NCBI GenBank assembly: GCA_964470485.1
Contig: CAYYCT010000003.1
Coordinates: 1 to 42,702, forward strand
Length of the DNA: 42,702 nt
Direction: 5' to 3'
From: an uncultured Candidatus Saccharibacteria bacterium
GTDB taxonomy: Bacteria; Patescibacteriota; Minisyncoccia; Phycocordibacterales; UBA5272
The translations under genes and the position numbers were made by a program. Shown here in pieces: positions 36,709-42,702 of this stretch (positions are counted from its first letter, which is position 1; each line of letters opens with the position of its first letter). Under the pieces are notes generated by a model that was not told the DNA's origin, made no database searches, and worked only from the letters and a program-made list of their open reading frames with translations.

Positions 36709-38387
36709 TATTTTTGTTTGCTGATTATTTGATCAGGAGGAGGCGCAATACGAACCAACTCTTCTATTGAAGTCACCCCATTCTTAACTTTTTCGAGACC
36801 ATCTTCAAAAACAGATTTTGCCCCCTCTTTTCGTGCTAAATTCCATATTTCTTGAGCAGATGGTCGTTTAACAATAAGCTCTTGCATCGTTGGAGTAACC
36901 TTAATCACCTCATAAATTGAAGTACGCCCTTTATATCCAGTAAATCCACATACTTCACACTTCTTTCCTTCATAAAGGGTAAGGTTTTTTTGTGGTAAAT
37001 ACTTCATCACACCTTTTAGTTGTGGGGTATCAAAATCAGAAGGCTTTTTTACAACACTCACCTTACAATGATCACATATCTTGCGCACAAGCCTTTGTGC
37101 AATAATCAAGTTCATTGTCGAAGAAAGAAGGAATGGTTCTGTCCCCATATCAAGAAGACGTGGAACGGCGGTAGCAGCATCATTGGCGTGAAATGTCGAA
37201 AGAAGGAGGTGCCCGGTAAGCGCTGCGTTAACGGAGATTTCAACAGTTTCAAGATCTCGAATTTCCCCCACAAGAATAATATCTGGATCCTGTCTCACAA
37301 TAGCTCGAAGACCTCTCACAAACGTAAGACCGGTTACTTGATTTACTTGTATTTGATTAAGCCCCTGTACTTTATATTCAACAGGATCCTCAATGGTTGT
37401 AATGTTGGTATCTGGGGTGTTAAGCATCTTGAGAAGCGAGTATAGTGTAGTTGTTTTACCAGACCCTGTTGGCCCAACCACAAGAATCATTCCGAATGGC
37501 TTATCCGCGGCCTCTCGTAATAATTCTTGATTTCTTGGGGTAAGTCCTAGATCATTAAACGTGAGTCCTTGCACATACGACCCCAAAATACGAAGCACTA
37601 CTTTCTCTCCTTCAACAATTGGGATAATAGATGTTCGCATGTCAACGGAAATGCCATTTTTCCCTTCATAGTGAAGAGCGCCGTCTTGTGCCGCATAGTG
37701 CTCATCGATACGAAGCGCACTTTTTACTTTGATTCTATTTAAAACATTTTCGTAGTACTCCTTAGGAAGACGCCCAGCCTCGTGAAGTACTCCGTCGACA
37801 CGAAAACGAATAACAATAACGCGAGCTTGTGGCTCGAAGTGTACGTCGGAAGCTTTATACGTAAGTGCGTCATCAAAAATCTCTTCAAGAATCTCTGGGG
37901 CAACACGATCTGATTCTTCGATAATTTTTGAAAATCTAGTGTCGAGTGGCTTTTCATAAAAAATAAAAAAACTGTCAATATCTTCTGGGAGTGAGTATGT
38001 TATTTTTATTTTTTTATCAGCAAATAGTGTCTGGAGTTCCTTCTCAAGATCATCCTGTAACGGGTTATCAGTAGTGATTGTTACTTCTTTTTCATTTGTA
38101 TCATCAAAAAGAATGGTTCGTAATTTCTTGGCGGTTTCTTCTGGAATTTTTCTAACCTGATCAGCGCCAATAGCTGCCGAGTTAAGGTCTGCATACGGAA
38201 CCTTGAAACTCTCTGCTGTTGCTTGCCCGACAATGTCACTATTAACAATACCATCACGCAAGAGCGCGTCTATAAACGTGATGCTATTTTTTTTAGCAAC
38301 GTCCTCTGCTTTTTGTACATCTTCTTCGCTAATGTAGTTTCCTGCGATAAGAATGTCTTTTATATTGTTAGTGTCAATGTTCTTCAT
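36708..38387 (-). CDS. pilB: type IV pilus assembly ATPase PilB (GspE family)
   Basis: T2SSE N-terminal domain, Walker A VGPTGSGKTTTLYS, Asp/His boxes (ILVGEIRDLET; TGHLLLSTFHAND), and a tetracysteine motif (CDHC..CEVC). Confidence 0.9.
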   Translation of the reverse strand: MKNIDTNNIKDILIAGNYISEEDVQKAEDVAKKNSITFIDALLRDGIVNSDIVGQATAESFKVPYADLNSAAIGADQVRKIPEETAKKLRTILFDDTNEKEVTITTDNPLQDDLEKELQTLFADKKIKITYSLPEDIDSFFIFYEKPLDTRFSKIIEESDRVAPEILEEIFDDALTYKASDVHFEPQARVIVIRFRVDGVLHEAGRLPKEYYENVLNRIKVKSALRIDEHYAAQDGALHYEGKNGISVDMRTSIIPIVEGEKVVLRILGSYVQGLTFNDLGLTPRNQELLREAADKPFGMILVVGPTGSGKTTTLYSLLKMLNTPDTNITTIEDPVEYKVQGLNQIQVNQVTGLTFVRGLRAIVRQDPDIILVGEIRDLETVEISVNAALTGHLLLSTFHANDAATAVPRLLDMGTEPFLLSSTMNLIIAQRLVRKICDHCKVSVVKKPSDFDTPQLKGVMKYLPQKNLTLYEGKKCEVCGFTGYKGRTSIYEVIKVTPTMQELIVKRPSAQEIWNLARKEGAKSVFEDGLEKVKNGVTSIEELVRIAPPPDQIISKQK

Positions 38388-38411
38388 AAAGGTAATACGT
38401 TCTGGACGTTA

Positions 38412-38792
38412 TCAAGAGCTAGATATTTTACTCTTTACACCCGCAACTATTTCAGAAATAGGAGAATTAGATTTTACAAAAAAGGCGACCGCACCAAGAT
38501 CAAAGACCTTCTTCTTGTCTTCTTCTTGGTTGAGATTAGTAATAACAATTGCTGGGGTTTTCATTTTTTTCTCTTGTATTGTTTCTAGGATTTTGAATCC
38601 ATCCACGCCAGGGATAATAAGGTCGGTAAGAACCATGTCAAATTTTTCTTTTGCCAAATAATCCAACCCTTCTTGGCCACTCTCTGTTGCAATAACATCA
38701 AAACCTTCATGAGTAAGTTTGAGTAAAAGTGCATGTGCGAGTGGTTTTTCATCTTCAATAATTAAAATTTTCTTTTTTTCCGCTTCTTTCAT
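38412..38792 (-). CDS. single-domain response regulator (REC only, 126 aa)
   Basis: KILIIEDEKPLA, the phospho-acceptor context MVLTDLIIPGVDG, and a conserved Lys region (AFFVKS). First gene of the pilus operon. Confidence 0.8.
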   Translation of the reverse strand: MKEAEKKKILIIEDEKPLAHALLLKLTHEGFDVIATESGQEGLDYLAKEKFDMVLTDLIIPGVDGFKILETIQEKKMKTPAIVITNLNQEEDKKKVFDLGAVAFFVKSNSPISEIVAGVKSKISSS

Positions 38793-38894
38793 TGTATGTA
38801 CATTACTGCGTAAGATTATTCTTCAAGTGTATAACACTTCTCCAAAAAAGACTATAGTAATTAACACAAATGCTAGAGTTTCCCTCCATGGCGT

Positions 38895-39368
38895 TTAGTT
38901 TTTTAGAAGAAACAGAGTCATTGCTATTACCACAGAAACAACCAAATAATACCCCGATGAGACCAAAAATTTCATCTGTGACTTTGCATCATAGTGATTC
39001 CCTTGTATTGTGTAAATCATGTCAACAAAACGCGTTGTAACAATAAAACCAAAAGCAAGTAACAAACTGAGACTTATAGCAAGTTTTAGTGAACTAATGC
39101 TAAGGAGATCAAATATGATGGCAAGCACTGACGCCATTGCTCCATGAGCAATAAAAGAGTACGTCTGAATCTGTACCATATATCTAGCACTTCTTTTTGG
39201 GAGCTGACTTTTTGTAATTCCTTCCCCCTTCATCCAAGCATTAATAAAAAGAAGTGGTGAATACCAAAGGGCTCCAATAGCAAAACCAGCACACGTTGCA
39301 ATAAAAATACTACCTGGTGTCAAAAAAGTTTCCATACCTAATAGTATATCGCTGAAAAGCCAATCCAT
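38895..39368 (-). CDS. DUF1761-like membrane protein
   Basis: FIATCAGFAIGALWYSPLLFINAWMKGEG matches the DUF1761 N-terminal pattern as I recall it. Four hydrophobic helices. The start may be Met12 (39335). Confidence 0.5.
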   Translation of the reverse strand: MDWLFSDILLGMETFLTPGSIFIATCAGFAIGALWYSPLLFINAWMKGEGITKSQLPKRSARYMVQIQTYSFIAHGAMASVLAIIFDLLSISSLKLAISLSLLLAFGFIVTTRFVDMIYTIQGNHYDAKSQMKFLVSSGYYLVVSVVIAMTLFLLKN

Positions 39369-39418
39369 AGGACTACGTTGTGCACATTATTTCATCAATC
39401 TCCTAATACCGACCAGAA

Positions 39419-39607
39419 TTACCAAGAATATCCTTTTTTGTTTATCACAATAATACTAATTCCAAGAGCAATAAATATACCTCCACCAATAACTGCCCCG
39501 AGGGTGTTTATTCCCTGAAGTGATGCAAGAACTCCGAGCACGGTGATACCTGACCCGCCAACAATTATTGCAACACCAAGCAGTTTAAAAATTATCTTCA
39601 TAGACAA
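39419..39607 (-). CDS. small two-helix membrane protein (62 aa)
   Basis: Gly/Ile-rich hydrophobic ORF, 7 nt downstream of the preceding gene. Confidence 0.4.
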   Translation of the reverse strand: MSMKIIFKLLGVAIIVGGSGITVLGVLASLQGINTLGAVIGGGIFIALGISIIVINKKGYSW

Positions 39608-39613
39608 ATACTT

Positions 39614-39868
39614 TTATTTTACCGGAGACCCTATCTGTTCAAGCGCTGCCCGAAATTCTGCCACCTGAGCATTAAATGCTGGAATAACACCAATAATATT
39701 AAGAACCCATCCGATTAGAATAACAATGAGGGCTGCCCCAATAATATACCCCGCACCATAGATAAGTCCACGCACTAGCGTAGCAAAAAGCCCATTAGAA
39801 CCTTTTCGCAATTCAACAATTTCTCTTTCTATATTTTCGAGGTGAGTTTTTAGTTCTGGATCTATCAT
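39614..39868 (-). CDS. small membrane protein (84 aa)
   Basis: An N-terminal amphipathic segment followed by one long hydrophobic helix (GLIYGAGYIIGAALIVILIGWVLNIIGVI). Confidence 0.5.
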   Translation of the reverse strand: MIDPELKTHLENIEREIVELRKGSNGLFATLVRGLIYGAGYIIGAALIVILIGWVLNIIGVIPAFNAQVAEFRAALEQIGSPVK

Positions 39869-39926
39869 ATATGGTTATGATAGAAGTATAGCATGGAGAA
39901 ATGAATAGATCTCTAACTTCAAAACG

Positions 39927-39986
39927 GAGTCGGTCGCAAATCTGCCTCGCTCTGCTCAAAGCAGATTCGCGACCCCTATTCGACTC
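39927..39986 (-). repeat. 60-nt structured element, copy A (inverted partner of 41615-41674)
   Basis: Identical to the reverse complement of copy B at 59/60 positions. Folds as GAGTC / 7-nt bulge / 14-bp stem / 15-nt loop. The strand is assigned from G-U versus A-C pairing logic. Confidence 0.7.
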
Positions 39987-40028
39987 TCCCGTAAACCATG
40001 CAGATGGTTTACTTATACTGATCACAGT

Positions 40029-40066
40029 CAACAAAAATACATAGGAAAACCTATGTATTTTTGTTG
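40029..40066 (-). terminator. hairpin terminator after tRNA-Glu
   Basis: CAACAAAAATACATAGG-AAAA-CCTATGTATTTTTGTTG: perfect 17-bp arms, 3 nt from the tRNA 3' end. Confidence 0.65.
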
Positions 40067-40069
40067 ATG

Positions 40070-40141
40070 TGACCCCACGGAGAGTCGAACTCCGCTTACC
40101 GGCATGAAAAGCCGATGTCCTAACCGATAGACGATGGGGCC
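40070..40141 (-). tRNA. tRNA-Glu (anticodon UUC)
   Basis: GGCCCCA-TC-GTCT-ATCGGTTA-GGAC-A-TCGGC-TTTTCAT-GCCGG-TAAG-CGGAG-TTCGACT-CTCCG-TGGGGTC-A. CCA is not encoded. Confidence 0.9.
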
Positions 40142-40252
40142 AGATATAAACAGCCCTTAGCTTTTAGCGAGAACTGAAATATGTACATGGCATAATACCA
40201 TATTATTTTACTTTTTCAAAATTGGTGGTCATACTGTATAATACTATCCATA

Positions 40253-40325
40253 AGGGCGGTTAGCTCAGTTGGTAGAGCGCCACATTGACGTTGTGGATGT
40301 CAGAGGTTCGACTCCTCTATCGCCC
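40253..40325 (+). tRNA. tRNA-Val (anticodon GAC)
   Basis: GGGCGGT-TA-GCTC-AGTTGGTA-GAGC-G-CCACA-TTGACGT-TGTGG-ATGTC-AGAGG-TTCGACT-CCTCT-ATCGCCC-A. TATAAT at 40236-40241 lies upstream. Confidence 0.9.
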
Positions 40326-40431
40326 ACTCTAACAGTAGACACCCAAAAACCAGTTGAAAAGAAACCAACTATAGGTGAAAAAGTGTCAGGATTTTTTAAG
40401 AAGATATTTTGGAGATAATTTGAGCGAACAC

Positions 40432-40460
40432 TTGACAGATATAGTTTATATGTATAGTAT
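40432..40460 (+). promoter_or_regulatory. candidate promoter of ORF 40516-40908
   Basis: TTGACA (40432-40437), 17 nt, TAGTAT (40455-40460). Confidence 0.4.
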
Positions 40461-40515
40461 TATGTCCACCATTCTTAGTGGTAAGCTCTTTCATTAACCC
40501 AATCAGGAGAACATC

Positions 40516-40908
40516 TTGAAACCAGAAGAAATTGAGTTCCGTGTGAACCGTGACGAAAATGGTGTGACTGGTTTCAGTCTCACCGCCAAACCAGAACACT
40601 ACGCTGAGTGCTACTGCTTGTCGTTTGTGTCTGCCCAACAAAAGGGCAACGCAACGGTGAAGTTCGAGGGTGGCAAGATTGTTTTTGACCACAAGGGTGC
40701 TTCTGACGACAAGCTCGGTGTCTTTGGATACAGCGATGGCGGTATCTTCACTGCTGAAATCTCGCCCGAAGACCAAGAAGCCCTTGAATCCTTGATGTCT
40801 CGTACTGGCAAGTATGCCAACGCCGAAGTTCGGGTCAAGTATGAAATGGCGTTCAGTCGTGGCTTCACCCTCTACGCCAAACTTGCAGAGCAGACCAGTC
40901 CTGCATAA
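40516..40908 (+). CDS. hypothetical protein (130 aa) in a ~51% GC gene
   Basis: TTG start preceded by AGGAG at a 6-nt spacing. G/C-rich third codon positions. A terminator hairpin follows at 40934-40956. No family recognised. Confidence 0.6.
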   Translation: MKPEEIEFRVNRDENGVTGFSLTAKPEHYAECYCLSFVSAQQKGNATVKFEGGKIVFDHKGASDDKLGVFGYSDGGIFTAEISPEDQEALESLMSRTGKYANAEVRVKYEMAFSRGFTLYAKLAEQTSPA

Positions 40909-40923
40909 CAACAACCAGAAGCA

Positions 40924-41352
40924 TTACAACTTCAAAACCGACCTTGTGTCGGTTTTAACTTTTATAGAAATATCTTTTATCCTTTTTATAGCCTCTTGTA
41001 ACTCTGGTGAGTCATAACCTCCGTATCTTCCTCGGACCGAATGAGTACCAAACTCTTGAGGGAGCTTTCTTTCTAAGTATCTAAGGGCAAGACGTCCATC
41101 TTTTTCTATTGCTTTTACTAATTGCTCTCTAGCCTTTAATATGACCTCATTTTTCCACTGTTGTTTTTGCTGTAAAAAGTCAGGGTTATTTTTCTGGTAA
41201 TTATAGAGTGTCTTTTCTGAGATACCAGCCAAACTACAAGCTTCTTTATCTGTAGAGTCCACAGAGTAAGCCATTTTTAGCTCACTTAAAACGTGTCTAC
41301 TTATTACAGTCGGTCTTCCGTATTTTTTATGATTTTTTGAAAAAGTTTTCAT
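40924..41352 (-). CDS. HTH DNA-binding protein (142 aa) with a phage small-terminase-like N-terminal pattern
   Basis: GRPTVISRHVLSELKMAYSVDSTDKEACSLAGISEKTLYNYQKNNPDFLQQKQQW follows the GRP(T/S)..-HTH-..W pattern common in phage small terminase and transposase-type HTH proteins. This is from memory, not searched. Confidence 0.55.
   Translation of the reverse strand: MKTFSKNHKKYGRPTVISRHVLSELKMAYSVDSTDKEACSLAGISEKTLYNYQKNNPDFLQQKQQWKNEVILKAREQLVKAIEKDGRLALRYLERKLPQEFGTHSVRGRYGGYDSPELQEAIKRIKDISIKVKTDTRSVLKL
40934..40956. terminator. bidirectional hairpin terminator between convergent ORFs
   Basis: AAAACCGAC-CTTGT-GTCGGTTTT. It overlaps the last codons of the minus-strand HTH ORF. Confidence 0.55.
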
Positions 41353-41526
41353 ATTTTCTTTACTTACAGTGTAGTGTTCTAATACTCTTACGTTATAATC
41401 TTAATGAGCATTATCGTTACCAAACAAGCCCACTTTGAGCAAACTCTGGTATGGTTCTTGATGTAAAAACCATTTTCCAACGTAAAACCTCACTTTCTAA
41501 GGTGTTCCAGTTCAAAAAACTAGAGT

Positions 41527-41580
41527 CCACAGAAATTTAAAACGTGACATCATATGATGTCACGTTTTAAATTTCTGTGG
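41527..41580. repeat. perfect 54-bp palindrome (27-bp arms, no spacer)
   Basis: CCACAGAAATTTAAAACGTGACATCAT|ATGATGTCACGTTTTAAATTTCTGTGG, in a divergent intergenic region. Confidence 0.85.
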
Positions 41581-41622
41581 GCGATAAGCACATGACTTAG
41601 GTTATGTGCGTGAGGAGTCGAA
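41577..41622 (-). pseudogene. inverted, interrupted copy of the tRNA-Val 3' end
   Basis: The reverse complement reads TTCGACTCCTC-[25 nt with a 6-bp hairpin]-TATCGCCCAC. The two parts together equal tRNA-Val 40306-40326 (21/21 nt). Confidence 0.6.
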
Positions 41623-41674
41623 TAGGGGTCGCGAATCTGCTTTGAGCAGAGCGAGGCAGATTTGTGACCGACTC
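41615..41674 (+). repeat. 60-nt structured element, copy B
   Basis: GAGTCGAATAGGGGTCGCGAATCTGCTTTGAGCAGAGCGAGGCAGATTTGTGACCGACTC. The fold is the same as copy A. It starts 133 nt upstream of the start of the 41807 gene. Confidence 0.7.
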
Positions 41675-41806
41675 TTCCTTGGAGCGAAGTGATTTTAATG
41701 TCTGTATTTTACAACAACACACATTTTGTAAATAAATGGTGGCTGTCGCTATTCTCCTTCAACGATCCCTAGCAATTACCACAGAAGAGTAATAAAATGT
41801 AAAGAT

Positions 41807-42702
41807 ATGAAAATTAATAATAGAAAAATGTTTAGCTTAGCTTTTATTCTTTTTAGCGCTCTAGCCTCAATATCTGTGACTTCGGCTCTCACTATTTCTC
41901 CTGCAAAAGCAGAACTCACTGCTGACCCGGGCGAAACAATCACTAGTACTTTCATTATTATTAATGAGCAAGATACTGAGCAAACATTTTATACTTCGGT
42001 AGAGAATTTTGAATCTTCAGGCAAAGCAGGAATACCTAATTTCACTAACTCAAAAGAAGGACTTCCTTCTTGGACAAAAGTGGATGAGAAAGTGGTGCTT
42101 AAAAAAGGAGAAAGACTTAAGATTCCTTATTCTGTCGCCGTTCCGAAGGATGCGGATGCTGGAGGGCACTTTGCAGCAATTTTCCTATCAACATCATCTA
42201 CTACAGCAGGGGTTGGTTCCAAGCTTGGCATGCTTGTTTTTCTTAAAGTTACGGGTGTCACTAAAAAAATAGAGACTCCTGTTTTAAAGAGATCAACTTC
42301 TACGCAAGCTCTATTAACAATAAACGCAACCACAACAGAGAAAGATATTGTTACAATAAATAGTAACCTAAAATACGGACAAAGAAACTCAGAAATCTTT
42401 GCACTACAGGATTTTCTTATTGATAAAGGTTTTCTAAATGGTAATTCTTCTGGTTTCTTCGGGTTGTTAACTTTTAAAGCTGTTAAAGCCTATCAGAAGA
42501 GTGTTGGCATTAATCCAACAGGCTATGTTGGACTACTTACTCGACAAAAAATAAACAGTGAGATTATAGCAGAAGTGGGGAGCTCCATCAAAGCAGAGCA
42601 ACAAGAGGTTGGGACATCAACTCAAAGTTTTAACAACAGCACTACAACATCAAGTAAAAATGGAAGCGAGGATAGGAAAACTGTAAAAGCATTTATAACA
42701 AC
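41807..42702 (+). CDS. secreted protein with a C-terminal-side peptidoglycan-binding domain; 3' end outside the window
   Basis: Open frame from ATG 41807 to the window edge. It is absent from the ORF track because it has no stop. Signal peptide MKINNRKMFSLAFILFSALASISVTSA. A DUF916-like segment reads ISPAKAELTADPGETITSTFIIINE..AGGHFAAIF. A PG_binding_1-like motif reads GQRNSEIFALQDFLIDKGFL..GLLTFKAVKAYQKSVGINPTGYVG. Confidence 0.7.
   Translation, partial: MKINNRKMFSLAFILFSALASISVTSALTISPAKAELTADPGETITSTFIIINEQDTEQTFYTSVENFESSGKAGIPNFTNSKEGLPSWTKVDEKVVLKKGERLKIPYSVAVPKDADAGGHFAAIFLSTSSTTAGVGSKLGMLVFLKVTGVTKKIETPVLKRSTSTQALLTINATTTEKDIVTINSNLKYGQRNSEIFALQDFLIDKGFLNGNSSGFFGLLTFKAVKAYQKSVGINPTGYVGLLTRQKINSEIIAEVGSSIKAEQQEVGTSTQSFNNSTTTSSKNGSEDRKTVKAFIT

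Noticed and set aside
39813-40034. 73-aa ORF covering inverted-repeat copy A.
   Set aside because: It overlaps the start of the 84-aa gene and runs through two hairpins and the repeat. It has no SD, and its composition is dictated by the palindromic sequence.
1-42702. CRISPR arrays, rRNA genes, IS transposases, integrases.
   Set aside because: I saw no regularly spaced direct repeats, no rRNA-like conserved blocks, and no ORF with DDE, tyrosine- or serine-recombinase motifs on either strand.

Overview
The window is low-GC (about 28-43% G+C in the rows I counted by hand), gene-dense and mostly housekeeping. The reduced gene forms suggest a Patescibacteria/CPR-like organism: a 156-aa EF-Ts, a 4-domain S1, no Shine-Dalgarno (SD) sites on native genes, many pseudopilins and large surface proteins. 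That assignment is inference only.

Recognisable content:
- Three tRNAs: Thr-UGU (partial), Glu-UUC and Val-GAC.
- Translation and replication genes: tsf, rpsB, prfA, rpmE, L25/Ctc, gyrA, rpsA, pth, lepB, hisS, rpsU and ybeY.
- Cell division and redox genes: ftsA, ftsZ and trxB.
- A TfoX-like protein, an NRAMP transporter and an XRE-HTH::MurA fusion.
- A minus-strand type IV pilus operon: REC-only response regulator, PilB, PilC, four prepilin-type proteins (one of 771 aa), a major pilin and a sensor-less histidine kinase.
- A roughly 1264-aa secreted repeat protein.

I found no rRNA, CRISPR array, transposase or integrase.

Two regions stand out:
1. 15764-16966 is a self-contained block of about 60% GC. 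It has divergent near-consensus promoters that share a perfect palindrome, strong SD sites, and terminators at both ends. It encodes an acidic 113-aa and a basic 169-aa protein, neither of a family I recognise.
2. 39927-41674 is bounded by 60-nt inverted repeats that match at 59/60 positions. It holds two tRNAs, a roughly 51%-GC orphan ORF, a phage-type HTH ORF, a perfect 54-bp palindrome and an inverted, interrupted copy of the tRNA-Val 3' end.

Every functional assignment rests on motifs read by eye. No database search was run.
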